64,000 nt of DNA from contig OZ024742.1 in the NCBI GenBank assembly GCA_964016885.1, positions 140,740,001 to 140,804,000 on the forward strand, given 5' to 3'. The position numbers were made by a program, and so were the translations under genes. This document shows, piece after piece, positions 38,981 to 53,132 of the stretch. Below the pieces are notes generated by a model that searched no databases, was not told the origin of the DNA, and saw only the letters and a list, made by a program, of their open reading frames with translations. This stretch comes from Eledone cirrhosa. Its lineage: Eukaryota. Position 1 is the stretch's first letter, and each line of letters starts with the position of its first letter.

Positions 38981-39778
38981 TCAATGAAGGAATTTCTACA
39001 TATTTGCAGGGCACTAGAAATAGCAGTCCAATCTTATATCACAGCCTGCCGACTTAAAAACAGGAAGTACTTTGGCACACTTGTAGTAACCTGATATGCT
39101 CGACATGTTGGGTTCAGTAGATTCTACGATTTGAATGTCTGCTCACACAGATAATGTCTATTTATATTAGCACTACATTAATCAAACATCAATGATATGA
39201 GGATGATAATGATGCTGTTACAGATGACAGTGATGATGATGAAAATGGTGGTGGTAGTGATGACGATAATGGTGGTGGTAGTGATGACGATAATGGTGGT
39301 GGCAATGGTTCATAGTGGTGGTGGTGGTGGTAATGGTTCATAGTGGTGGTGATGATGATGAATGATGATGATAAATAAATTGGTCCTTTATTGATATTTT
39401 GCTCCAGAAGAAAATAAAAAGAAAGTAGTGGAAATATTTGATTATATACTACTATTCATGGGAATATAGCAAGCAGAAGAGATGTTGATACAAGATGAGG
39501 AAGAATAAGCCGATTTTTGAAATGTTGGGAATATCCTAAATTGTTGGAAACTATTCTTTCTTTATTTTACTGGCTTCAGTCATCAGACTGTAGCCATTCT
39601 AGAGCACCACTTTAAAGGATTCAGTTGATTATATTGACCCTGGTACTTACCTTTTTTAAGTCTGGATCTTATTTTATTGATCTCTTTTTGTTGAACTGTT
39701 AAGTTACAGTACATAAACCCAAATACAGACAGAAATGTAAACACCAACATGGGCACAAACACACACATACATATATAA

Positions 39779-40945
39779 TAATTGCTTCTACTGTTGGCAC
39801 AAGGCCAGCAATTACTCCCGTGCATTACTGGTACTTTATTTTATCGACCCCGTAAGGATGAAAGGCAAAGTTAACCTCGCCGGGATTTGAACTCAGACCA
39901 TAAAGGACCATAACTCTTTGCTGCCAAGCATGGCATCTGACCCTCTACGGATACTGCCAATTCTATATATATAAAACTGAGGATGTCTGTCTGTGCGTGT
40001 GTGAGTTTGAATCCCTAAAACTAGAGAAGCACCCAACCGACTGTTTTCAAACTTTACACATGTAATACTTATGTTTCAGGGAGTGTTCTAAGCAAACAAA
40101 ATTTCAAATTTTCAATGCCCTAGGGACCGCATTAGGCGATTTAGCAATCTCTCTCTATAATTCTTAGTCTTTCTCTTTTTAGATAGATACATACATATAA
40201 CGTCGTGCCCTTATAAAATCTGTATGTATGTCTGGCTGTCTGCATTACGTCACATCCTACAATTTGCTCTGCGTCCAGAATGCGCCCTTATAATATCTGT
40301 CTGTATGTCTGGCTGTCTGCTGCATCCGGTTATTCTGCCACCCTTGCTCAAGACAAATCTCACACTCATTCCCCAAACAGTTGGTAAGTGCACACAACTT
40401 CTTCCTAACGTTTTAAGCCACAGTGTTGCTTACTTACGTACCACCAGACCCTTACTTCTTTGCCAGCCATGGTTGTGGCAATACTAAGCTTAGCTAAAGT
40501 GGTTATATATTTCACAATACCTTATCCCGTGCAACGCCGGGTTCCACTGCTAGTATATAATAATTGTTACTACATTTGGCACAAGGCCAGCAATTAGCCA
40601 GTGCATTACTGGTACTTTATTTTACCGACCCCGTAAGGATGAAAGGCAAAGTTAACCTCGGCGGGATTTGAACTCAGAATGGAAAGGGCCGTAATTCTAT
40701 GTGTCAAAGCATGGTGTCTGACCCTCTACCGATGCTGCCAAACCACTGCATATATATAATAATAATTGTTTCTTCTTTTGGCACAAGGCCAGCAATTATC
40801 CCAGTGTATTACTGGTACTTTATTTTATCGACCCCGTAAGGATGAAACGCAAAGTTAACCTCGGCGGGATTTGAACTCAGACCATAAAGGGCCTTAACTC
40901 TTTGCTGCAAAGCATGGCATCCGACCCTCTACCGATACTGTCAAC
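39779..40945 (-). mobile_element. Three copies of the same SINE (~39779-39961, 40561-40748, 40763-40945) around a Helitron
   Basis: Each has ggcacaaggccagcaatt...ccccgtaaggatgaaa...ggatttgaactcag...accctctac. Confidence 0.85.
39962..40553 (+). mobile_element. Non-autonomous Helitron
   Basis: 5' TCTATATATATAAAA...tgtctgtctgt start; 3' hairpin cccgtgcaacgccggg followed 8 nt later by CTAG|t; no TSD. Confidence 0.8.
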
Positions 40946-42396
40946 TTGCTTAAGGTGCCATGCAGTGCGATTGAAACTGCAATCATTATGTCCTGGATTT
41001 AATCCAACAATATGGTATTTTGAGCAAGTGACATATATAGCCTCAGGTCCACAAATGCCTTGTGAGTGGAATCAGGTAGATGGAAATTGTTTGGAAGACT
41101 GTTGTAATTCAAAGGGCCAGCTTTGCTATACATGTGTCATGTTAAATCTACTTGAGAATTACATTAAGGGTACACTTGTCTTTAGAATTCTCAGTCACTT
41201 ACATTTTAATTTCATGAGAAAGTTGTTCTGTTGATCAAACAACTGGAACACTCATCATTGAAATTGATCAAGGTCAATTCCAGATGCTTTTACCATGTGT
41301 TATTATGAAATATTATAAACTTCAACAAAATGAAGCTTCAATTGCCAAATGTTGCAAATCGGTAGTCATAAGAGCACAAGAGAAAATACCTTGTGGTAAT
41401 TGTTCTGGCTTCCTGTGCTCTGAGTTCAAATGCTGCCAAGATCAATTTTGCCTTTCATCCTTTAAGGGTCAATAAAATAAAGTATCATGAGAAGGAAAAT
41501 GGACAGGTAGAATTGTTAGAGTGTTGGACGAGATGCTTTGCAGTATCTGCTCTGACTCTTTGCATTTTGAGTTCAACTTCAGCTGTGGCTTAATTGGGTG
41601 ATAAACTTAATCTGTTGTCCAGTTTAAAACTACCCTCTGGCTTTTGAGTGCCTTTTGCAGAGTCCATTCTGGTGCAAGTATTCAGACTAGGTTTTTAGTT
41701 TTAGGATAACTTTTCCTTTCTTACATTCATTTTGGAAATACTGAAAAGGGGTACTGTCCATCCCTCTTTTACTAAAGAGCAATAGAAAAATAAAATAGAA
41801 AATGGTTATAATTTTTCTAAAGCAAATCATTCTATCAACATTATTATATTCATATTTTAGATATCACTATTTGAAAAAACAAAAACAAAACAAGAAAAAC
41901 GTTTTAAGCTTACAGTAAAAAAGGAGCTGATTATCAGATTGGACCAAGGAAACAATGTTTCTATTTGTCTTTCTATTGTTATCCTATCTGTCAGTCACAA
42001 CTTGGCAGGAGCAGGAAGGATTTGAATTTAGAATGCACAGGGTTGGATCAGGCAGTACAAAGCATTTTGTCTGGCTCCATAACAATTTTGCAAACCTGGT
42101 ACTCTTGAACTGGTACTTTATTTATCAACCATAAAAAGATGAAAGGTAAAGTTGACCTTTGAGGGATTTGAGCTAAGAGCACAATGAGCTAGAACAAATA
42201 CTGAGGCATCTAATTCAATGCCTTAATGATGATGATAGCTACAATAAACAATCACATTTGTTAAGAGAAAAGAAATATATATGATAATTACTTAGCATGG
42301 AATACACATAAGCGTTCTGTAATGATTCCTGTTCTGGCACACATACCAGAGAGATAATGATTAAAAAATATTGATTAGCAACCATTATTAGCAAAC

Positions 42397-42580
42397 ATTG
42401 GCAGTATTGGTAGAGGGTCGGGCGCCATGCTTTGAAGCATAGAGTTACCTCACTTTATGATCTGAGTTCAAATCCCGCCGAGGTTAACTTTGCCTTTCAT
42501 CCTTACGGGGTCAATAAAATAAAGTACCAGTAATGCACTGGGATAATTGCTGGCCTGGTGCCAAAAGTAGAAACAATTAT
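42397..42580 (+). mobile_element. tRNA-derived SINE
   Basis: Same family; TSD attattagcaaa. Confidence 0.85.
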
Positions 42581-42988
42581 TAGCAAAACTAATCAGTTTT
42601 TCTTTGTTAAGAATGAATTAGCACAACGTGTCACTTATAACCTATTTTATTAGTTAATCCCAAAGAATAAGAAAATCAATATATACATAATGGAAAATAG
42701 TCTTCTTTTCCCTTATTTGCTGCGTAAATTTATTTTTAAATACATAGATAGATACTTAAATACATACATATGTATACATACACACTCACATATATATATG
42801 TATGTGTGTATGTATATATATTACCACCACTATTTTACGTCCATTTTTCCATGCTAGCATGGGTTATATATATAGTCATCAGGACCTGGCTTGTCTCACA
42901 ATGGAGCAACTCGTCTAACCCATGCTAACATGGAAAATGGACGTTAAACGGTGATGGTGATATATATTTGTCACTTATTATTATTAGT

Positions 42989-43165
42989 TCGGCAGTATCG
43001 GTAGAGGGTCGGACAACATGCTTTGCAGCAAAGAGTTACGCCCCTTTCTGAGTTCAAATCCCGCCGAGGTTAACTTTGCTTTTCATCCTTACGGGGTCGA
43101 TAAAATAAAGTACCAGTAATGCACTGGGATAATTGCTGGCCTTGTGCCAAAAGTAGAAACAATTA
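42989..43165 (+). mobile_element. tRNA-derived SINE
   Basis: Same family; attattattag on both flanks. Confidence 0.85.
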
Positions 43166-43674
43166 TTATTAGGGCCATAGCTTGAAATAATTCATTATAA
43201 GCTTTCTATTTCTTCTACAGTTACCTGCCTACATTTGGATGTTGCATTTTCTCTGCATTTTATTGTAGGAATTTTCCTGGTGATATTGATATGTACATTT
43301 TTGGTCTTGTTTCTGTCTCCAGTAGATTGAGTTTCACTGCACTATCTGTTGTTTTTATATTCGCAATAACTCTCTTTCCTTAGAGACTACTGGTGCTCTG
43401 GGAAGAGCAGTAGTCTTTTAAAGCAACTGAAATTACAAAACACCCAGTAGACAGTTGACAAGTGAGAATTCTCCAAGTGTCCATCTTCTCCATGTTTTCT
43501 GTGCCCCTCGTTTATTACATGCATTAATTTTGGACTTTATATATATATAAATATCAAGTTATATCCAGTGGTGAACCACCAATTTCAATATATATATATA
43601 TCATCATCATCATTTTACGTCCGCTCTTCCCTGAATATATATATATATAGGAGTGGTAACACAACAGTTAGTTC

Positions 43675-43726
43675 ACCATACCGAGAACAATTGTTTCACC
43701 TTAGCGGATCCTCAGCTCATACTGGT
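43675..43726 (-). ncRNA. Degenerate minimal type I hammerhead ribozyme motif
   Basis: Minus strand: acca gta tgag|CTGAGGA|t cc gctaa gg t|GAAAC aatt GTT|ctcg gta tggt. Palindromic stem III AACAATTGTT; stem II only 2 bp. Confidence 0.5.
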
Positions 43727-45381
43727 CATGGTTATATGGAATAGGAAGAACAACCATATTCTAACAAAATGAAAAGGAGATAGAGGGGAGCAAGAAAATC
43801 GTGAATGTGTGACAAAAGAGTTTTGACAATTAGATAATTAAACTAACCAAGGAATTGAATATTTACCTGACTAATAATAAAACTAAAGAGAAATTCAAAT
43901 GGTTTGTGTGCTTTTATTGGCAGCACGATCCTCCCAAAGTATAACAATATCTATTTCAACAAACGATTTCCCATCAAGAATCTTGCAAAACAAATACAAA
44001 ATAGCTATTTTGTTATATGGAATAAATGCCAATGATTTGTTATATAAGTTTGTCAGAAACAAATAATTCAGGAAATCTCTATAACAAATATAATTATTCA
44101 AGAAATTAATTGTTTATCTCAAAGGTAATTGTGTATAACAAATGGAAAATATTTGCTGTCATTTATTCAATAATTGTGTCTAAATCAAAGACATTTATGA
44201 TATAGAAATCCACTTCAGAGTTTTCATTAATTTGAAGGCAACATTTAATTGAAAACAATTAAATATCCCATTACCAAGAGATTCCTAACCGCTGTAATAA
44301 AAGTTGCTGTATTATCAATATACAGGAATTTATTGCACTGTGTATTTGGTTTAGAATAGGCACACCATATTATTGTATGTCAGAAGAAGTGACTAAAAGG
44401 GTTGGCACCAGCTACAAAACATTACCTCAAAAAGGATCCCATGATGAGTATGATTAAGCCTGCCATGTTACACAAGGCTTATCTGTGCTTTTGGAGGGAA
44501 AATGGCTTTAAAATGCTTGTTGCTAATGTACAAGTCAGACATGGTCTGCAAACCCATCTAAGAGGGCAGTAAGTACTTAATGAGATTGTAACAACAACCT
44601 ATCCAACTCATGCCAACATGGAAAGTAGATATAAGGGTTGATAATGATTATGATGGTGATGATTGAATTTCTATAAAAGGGAAATAATTGAAGAATACAT
44701 AAAGTTCATCATCAACAGAAGAAAGTCTGTTATATTAGGAGATTTGTCATGAGCTTTTGTGTCACTTTAATTCAGTATTTAGGAAGGGGGGTAAGCACTG
44801 TTGTTAATAAAGGTAAATTTAAAAAGGAGCTTGCAAAATTTGACATAAATCCATTCATATTCATGATGATTTGCAAAATTATTTGAAAATTATAGGCAGT
44901 GCTTTTCTTAAAATCATAAATATGGTAACAAAAGGGTTAAACCTTATGATAGGCAAGGTACATTGCTATTCAGCTTTTCTGAAAATAGGTATCACTCTCA
45001 CTTTAAAGATTTTTGATCCAACATTTATTGCAATATTTGCAAACAAATAAAACTATTGGTATAATACAAATGTTTAATATAGTTTAACATAAGAATATAT
45101 ATGTAAATATAGAATTCTGAGCTTGAACTGGCTTTATATCACTGCACAATAATTTATAGATTATACATCTAACTGCCTTGGGACATGAAATACCAACTTA
45201 ATTAAACTTTATATTAGCTATCCTTGACATGATATCAAATTAGTTAGTTTTGTATACTGTCTGAATATAAATTCTTATATACAATTGATATTATACAGGC
45301 CACTTAGAACTGCCATAAAAACTGATGCTATTTGGGAGTTATGTATACTGCTGTCTCTTTTCCTCTTATTTAATACCAATA

Positions 45382-45609
45382 TTAACCCTTTAACATTCAC
45401 ATTATTTTATATATACTATTATATTTTCATGGTAAAGGCTTTACCACACATAATTATCTCACATAATATCGAATCTATGAGATTTTGAAAGTATTTATTT
45501 TGAGAACAATACCTTAACATTAGTTTGAGTGACCAGTTCCAGCCAGTTTCAACAGAAAGGGGTAAAGAATTCTGGCCGGTTTTTGCCGGTTTGAACACTA
45601 AAGGGTTAA
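45382..45609. mobile_element. piggyBac-like MITE
   Basis: TTAA|ccctttaacattca ... tgaacactaaaggg|TTAA. Confidence 0.8.
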
Positions 45610-47319
45610 GATAGTAAAGCTAAAATACCTTTACCCTTTTTGATACTAAACTACCTGAAACTGCTCCTGGTTCTATGATACAAAGCTGTTTGTTTTAAAG
45701 TGTTTATATATATCTAAAATCTTTCCATTATAATTAGTGTAAAAACCTTTGATAAGTTATTTTTCAAACACCAGCTTAATGAGAAAATTAGATAACTAAA
45801 TCCTTCCAAATTCTTGATTATTTTCAAAATTGTCTGACAATCATAAGCAGTTTTTTTCATTAGAAATATGTAATGCATGGATTTAATAACAAGCAACACA
45901 AAAACAGTTGCAACAATATCATTGTTATTGTTATCAGATTATTTCTTACTTAATTAACCTTTTCTGTAGCAAGGTGTAAACAACTCAAGGACATCTTAAA
46001 GTTTGTAAGAAAAGCAACAGAGTAAATCAGTCCCTTTGGTACAAAACATAAATATTTATATCTTCACTGAAAGTTGCATCTTATCAATGTGATATTGAAT
46101 ATATGTCAAGATTCAAATCTGATTTAAGACATTATGTGCAGTTATTTTCAGAAGTGGCTTCACAACAAGCATCCTATTTCTAACTTGAGCTATCTGTTTT
46201 GATATGTCTGCTATAACATTGTAGCAATGGAAACATTTTGACTCTTTTCTTCTTCCCTGCTAGGCTGCAAGCCAGAGATAATGGAAACTAAGGTTCTTAA
46301 ATAAGTAGAGTTTGTATGTTGTGAATCAATACTTTCATCGTAATAGAATGAAGAAACAGTTAAAGCTCTTATGGCAATTAATAGTAAAGTAATTATGTTC
46401 ACATATGACAACAAACATTAATTTAGGAACTGAAGCATCTAAAATATATCAATTTCTACAAAGCCATTTTAGATTTGTAGTGTTTTAACTCGGACTTTAC
46501 ACTGTTTCTGTTAACATTCCATTCACAGAGGTTTACTGAAGCTGATTACATTTTAAGCTGATGTAAATACCTTTTAGATTTTCCTCATTTAATTTCAATA
46601 TCATTTACTTTAACAAGCTTTTTATAGCTCAAGGAATTTGTTACTGAGAATCAATGTATACTTTTTGAACCAGAATTAATTTAAACTATCTTTCAATATC
46701 TGTTGTGTTTTTTATTGTTTTACTGCTGTTTTCTTCATTTTAGTTTTTTTACTGCATGTATCTGGTTTAAAAGAGGTACACTGTACCTTTGTGTCATAAG
46801 AGGCTGCTAAAATGGTTTGTGCCTGAGATCCATTGCCTCAAAAAAGACCCCATGTTGTGAGGACTGCAAAGCTAACCCCTGCTTTAGTGAGGAAAACAGC
46901 CCCACAATGCTTGTCTCAAGCTGAGTTTTCTATAAAATAAATAGATTAAATACAGATGAAAGTCAGATGCCATATTGGCTTCTTTCTTAGTTCTTACATC
47001 TAATAATAGGTCAGGTCAAGTTATTGCCAGCTCAGATAAAAAAAAGGATCTGTTACTGGTAATCATGTAAACCAGCACTACCTGTTTCATGGTTGGACTG
47101 TTGATGACTAGACTACACTGGCAACATCATTCTTATGTCTCACTCTGATGTGTGGAGAGTAGATGGTAGCAAAAGGGTTAAAGAAAATATAGGCAGATAT
47201 ACTAAAATCTAAATGTAAAAAGAAAAAAAAACATGCTACCTTGTCATGATTAGAAAAAAGTTACAGAAATAATTAAGTAACTAGGTGATAAGAATAGAAA
47301 AAACTTTCTGAAATATACT

Positions 47320-47507
47320 GGTGGTTGTGAGCTAGAGACGGGGGATTGACACCATGCTTTGCAGCATAGAGTTACACCCCTTTATAATCTGAGTTCAAAT
47401 CCCGTTGAGGTTCACTTTGCCTTTCATCCTTACGGGGTCGATAAAATAAAGTACCAGTAATGTACTGGGATAATTACTGGCCTTGTACCAAAAGTAGAAA
47501 CAATTAT
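47320..47507 (+). mobile_element. tRNA-derived SINE
   Basis: Same family with a diverged head. Confidence 0.8.
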
Positions 47508-47795
47508 AATGGAAACAGTTCAGAATAGATCTATAGTAAAGCTAATGTAAAAAGAGCTGAAATTGTCCAATCTTTTGAACTTGAAAAATATTCATATCTA
47601 CTGTAATTCTAACTAGACTAATTACATTGTTAATAATTCAACTTACATAAACCTCAGCACATTAACTGAGCAGCCATGTATATTATTTCATAAACTTACT
47701 TCATTTTGTGTTCAGTTCATTAAGAGAAAGAACAGACACATTTTATTATATTTTGGAGATATGAAAGAAAGATAAGAATACAATTACTTCTACCT

Positions 47796-47833
<38 letters not shown>

Positions 47834-47835
<2 letters not shown>

Positions 47836-48018
47836 ATTGTTTCTACTTTAGGCACAAGGCCAGCAATTACCCAGTGCATTACTGGTACTTTATTTTATCG
47901 ACCCCGTAAGGATGAAAGGCAAAGTCAACCTCGGCGGGATTTGAACTCAGATCGTAAAGGGACGTAACTATGTTGGAAAGCATGGCGTCCGACCCTCTAC
48001 CGATACTGCCAATCCACC
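47834..48018 (-). mobile_element. tRNA-derived SINE inserted in a (TA)n tract
   Basis: Near-identical reverse complement of the 29375 copy. Confidence 0.88.
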
Positions 48019-51000
48019 ATATATATATATATATATAATACTTATAAAAAGAAAGTTTGTTTGTATGTTGACTGCTAATAACACTAAATAAAATTGGTAA
48101 TAAGGTTTTTTTCATGTTTTCAACTAATCTGACCTCTGACATCAATTTTTCTCCCAAATCGGAATTCGGTGGTGGTGTTTTTTTTTGTGTGTGTGTGTAT
48201 GGGGGGGGGGGGGGGGGGGTACTGCTCTTTCTAGCACTGTAACTCTGTGGCAGGTACTCTTGCTGGTTTATACATTCATATAATTTCTCTCTATCTCACT
48301 TAATATTTATCTATCTATCTCCCTCTATCTATTTCTCTTTATGTCTCTCATTATCTCTTTCAGCTTCTCTCTATCTCTCTATTTATATACGTGTCTTTCT
48401 CTATATATCTCTTCTAAACCACTGCAAGATTAATTTAGTATATATTTCTGACCATCTGTCAAGTAAGCTGTTCCTATCTATAAAGGTACAGAGACTTTTC
48501 TGCAATGAAGTGATTGAAAAATATGTTTTTTACAAATTAAAACTTAAGCACTACATAATGCTTGTGAATTTACTCTTTGAAAACATATTTCTAATCCAAA
48601 TAAAATATGTAGACTGATAGGATGGAAGAAAATTCTAGTAATCTTATAAAAATGAGTTATGCAACAGTTAATAATCTATTTATGATCAGTTTCTAAAGTA
48701 TAACCAATGACCTTTGGCTCAAGATCTTTTATATCTTTTTGAGCCAATTTTTAAAAATAATAGTAACCTCAAGCTATATCAGGTATTAAATGAATGGGAG
48801 ATCTATCAGAATATAGGTTTTGATTGCTAACATTTCAGGCTCTGTTTTGAGGAATTATTAAAATGCTTTCTATCAAATTGTTAACCTTTTTGAAACCAAC
48901 TCATCAGAAATGATTTATATTTATCTAAAAACCTTCCATTATAATTTTAACTTTGCCTTTCATACTTATGGGGTCGATAAAATAAAGTACCAGTAATGTA
49001 CTGGGTAATTTCTGGCCTTGTGCCTAAAGTAGGAACAATTATAATTTAATGTAAACACTAGCTTCGTACTGTGAAAGTTAATTATATTACAAAATTCTTC
49101 CAAATTGTTGATTACTCTTTCCCCTCACCCCTCTCTTCTGTGGCTCCAGAGCTCTTGCCCCCCCCCCCCCCTCTTCTCGTTCTTTTTCTTCTTTCTTTCT
49201 CTTCTATATTTCCCTATTCTTTCTTTCTTTTTGTCCCCCCCCCCTTTTTTTTTGCTTTTGAATAAATTTGTTTTGTATAAAAAAAAAATGAATAAGTTGA
49301 TAAATCTTAGGGTAGACACTAGATATAGTATGGAAGTTATGATTTTGCGATGTAATAAATGATTTACTTTAAAATTGTTGATTATTTAGAAAGTAACTTG
49401 AAAATAACAGGCAGTGTATTTCATTAGAAATATGGTAATGAAAGGGTTAAACAACAAATATCATGGTGATCCTAGAAACAAATAGCTACAGAACAAAACA
49501 AAAGAAGAAAAAAAATTCAGAAGAAACAATGTCTACAGTTCTGCTTTTTATATTTTTTAAATAGAACATTTCATTAAGCTAGTGTCCTTTCTATATGGGT
49601 TACAATAGTTCAAGTTAGGAATCAAAACATTATTCCAAACATCATGGATCAATATCATTTTTTATGAATTCAGAAATTTACGGAAAACTTGTCTCTGTTT
49701 ACCAAAAGTTTATGGAAAATTTGTTTTCATATTTCAACATTTATTGGCACCAAGAAGAGCATCTTGATGAAAACCATTTCCTCAAAAAAGACCCCATCAT
49801 AACCTCCATTTTTAACAAGGAAAAAGGCCTTAGAATGTTTTATGATCCTAAGAAATATATTTAATCAAGCCAATGAGGGTTTCTGTACATGGGCGCTCGC
49901 TTCCCTAGAAATAGTAACTATATTTTCTTCAACTCACATACTATCATCTTAAATTACAGGAAAAGACACGTTGGATAATGTGGTTCTTGATGCACTAATC
50001 TGAAAGAAATGGCAAAGTGGTCACAGGTTGAATGCCTTTTGATGAGGGTTTACTTTTAAACAATTCAGAGAATTTTTCTTATCAAACTACATTTAAACAT
50101 TTTCATACAAAACAGCCTGAAACTGCTCCTGGATCTCTGATAAAAACTGTTTATTTCAAGTGTTTATATTTATCTAAAAACCTTCCATCATAGTTTTATG
50201 TAAGCGCCTTCATTATATTACTAAATACCTTCAAATTCTTGATTAGTTTAAAAATTATTCAAATATCATAGGCTTCGTCTGAGGCTGTTCCCATCCTCAT
50301 TGCTGAAAGTGGAGACCATGGACAATTCACAAATACTCATCTATATAATGCTGTATGTCCATGATTCTTATTGGAAAAAATACGACATTGGTGGGTCCTG
50401 AATCCTTATCTAACCATTGGAAGCTGGCTACCAAGCCACAGCTCATATACCTTCATCATAAAGTTGAAGCCATTGGCCACTTGAAAGGTTGTCACCTAAG
50501 TGACTAAGCAATCCAATCTACCCTGGCTTTTATATCAATGATCCTTCTTCTAGACCAACTGTCAACCAAGGCTAATGAGTTGTATCTACCCATTTTTTTT
50601 TTTTACATTCAATTGGATGGCCATTGACTCTCTGTCAGTTCCTTCACCCTTTGTTTTTCATCCCACAGGGTGTCCCAAAATCACCCTCTTCAAGCAAGCT
50701 TGATGAGGTTGCCAGTATATGACAGACTGTACAGGGTTACGTGTTACTACTAGTGTTTTTTTAATTAGAAATATGGTAATGAAAGGAGTAAAAATATAGA
50801 TTTAGAAGTTATATGCACCACTTATATTTTATTTATTGACCTGAGAGACAATTCTACAAAAATAATATTAAAAGTTTAATATTTTGATGAAGGAGAGAGC
50901 AAAAATATAATGTCTTGTCTTTAGTTCTCAAAACTGTGTTGTTGATAGCAAAGAGTGAAAAGAAAAAAGAATAAACTATATTTATAAATATCACACATAC

Positions 51001-52954
51001 ATATAGATATCAACTGTTAAGTTGCTTCTCAACAACTGAATCTAATGCATCCATACAGACTTCTTCATGCAACACAACATTTCATAAAAGAAAAATTTAC
51101 ACCTCTCTTCCATATTACTGGTAAATATTTCAATGTATCTGATTTCTTGGCTGTCTGTGAGAGATATATTTTCCAAGCTTTACTCAATGTATATAGAGAT
51201 ATAACAATTTTTGGTAAAAATAACAATAAAATGCAAGTATGGTATAAGGCATTTGCTTCACAACCACTTAGTTTCAGGTTCAGTTCCACAGTGTGCTATC
51301 TTGAGAAAGTATTTTCTACCTTGTGAGTAAAATTTGCTAAATGGAAACTGTAAAAGTGTGTGGGCATGCACATGTATGTAAGTATGCTTAGGTGTGTGTG
51401 CCTGTCTGTATCTGTGTTTATGTTTCCTTAGCAGTTTGACAAAAAGAGATTGATAAAATAAGTAGTAGACTTGAAAATAAAAGTCCTTCATAGAATAGAC
51501 TGTATCCCAGCATGGTCATGTTCTAATGATTGAAACCAGTAAAAGAATAAAAAAATAATAGAGACTATGAATTTGTAAATTCTACATTTTGGTAAAATAT
51601 GCCTTGATATAATGAGCTTTATATTTTAAAAAAGTATTATTTACAGGCATATTATGTGTATGGATGGTAATTATTGGGTGAAGAAATGCTGGTAGTTTCA
51701 AGTGAAAGGAAGTTGTGGTTGATGTAATTAAAAGAAAACAGACAGAGGTGGTGAAATGGATCTCAGGATGTTGAACCTCACAAAAGAGATGAGAAAGGAA
51801 TGTGATAAGTGCAGGAGAGGGCTTGTTCAACCCACATTAATATGAAGAGAAAATCTGATAAAACTTGTGACATTTTTAGCTCTCTTCTTCTCTAAAGAAA
51901 TTATTGTGTTGCACAATGTTGCGCATGATGTGTGAAGGCCACAGGAAAAGTCTCAGGCCATATGAGCAGTCATGGCTGAATGGCTATGAAGTTCACTTCA
52001 CAATTATTATGTTCTGAGTTCTATCTCGTGCATGTATCTTTCTTGTGGTCTCAAGTTGACACAAGCCATATGAATGAAATTGGGTAAACAGAAACTGTGT
52101 GGAAGACCATCACATAGATTATAATTCAAATGTCTGTCTGGCCTTGTCATATATTATTATGCAAATTCAGCTTGTGAATGTGTTATATTCAATTACCTAC
52201 ATATTTATTCACAAGTTGGAGATTCAGGTAATCAACCAACTCCTCATTGAAACCAATGGAGAATCCATCATCAAAGTTAAGGTGAAAGCAGTGTCTTTTT
52301 TAGGAGAAAATGAAGTACCAGGTGGTAGATTGGTAGAACTGTTAAATGGATGGGATGCCTTGCAGTGTCTCTTCTCCCTCTCTACATTCTGAGTTCAAAT
52401 ATTACCTCCCGTCATTGGAAACATGATGGCGTGGTGGGACTGGGGCCTCTGTTATTAAAACACTCAAAGGACCTCTATGAGATGTCAGTTAGACATACAT
52501 CGGTGCAAACCATAACAACAGCAATTAATGGGTTAATATTATTCTAGAATTTAATACTAAACTACAATATTTTTCATAGATTCTGACACTGCCCCTGAGT
52601 CTATGATACAAAACTGTCCATTTTAAATTATTTAAAAAAAATTTAAACTAGCTTTGAAAATGTAATGTAAGAGCTTCCTGTTATGTTATGTTCCAAACAG
52701 TAGCTTCATAATGGAGAAAATATTCATTTTACTAAATTCCACAAAATTCTCTATTTTAAAATAATTGAAACATGGACAGTATATTTTGATAGAAATATGA
52801 TTACAAGAAGATTAAGTGTATAATACCATAATAACAAGTGAGCATAAGAGTGGAACATATTTTAATGACCAAATGGAGAAGATACATACAAGTTCAATAT
52901 TACTAATGTCAAGAATGGTGGAATTAGATTTTTATAAATTCACCCAGTAATATT

Positions 52955-53132
52955 ATTGTTTCTACTTTTTGGCACAAGGCCAGCAATTATCCCAGTGCAT
53001 TACTGGTACTTTATTTTATCGACCCCGTAAGGATGAAAGGCAAAGTTAACCTCGGCGGGAATTGAACTCAGGTCGTAAAGGGACGTAACTATGCTGGAAA
53101 GCATAATCCAACCCTCTACCGATACTGCCAAT
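52955..53132 (-). mobile_element. tRNA-derived SINE
   Basis: Same family core and tail. Confidence 0.85.

Noticed and set aside
43225-43426. Apparent minus-strand exon (tttcag ... gtaact)
   Set aside because: Stops in all three frames and no ATG in phase with TRAPPC13 exon 2; the splice signals could be chance.
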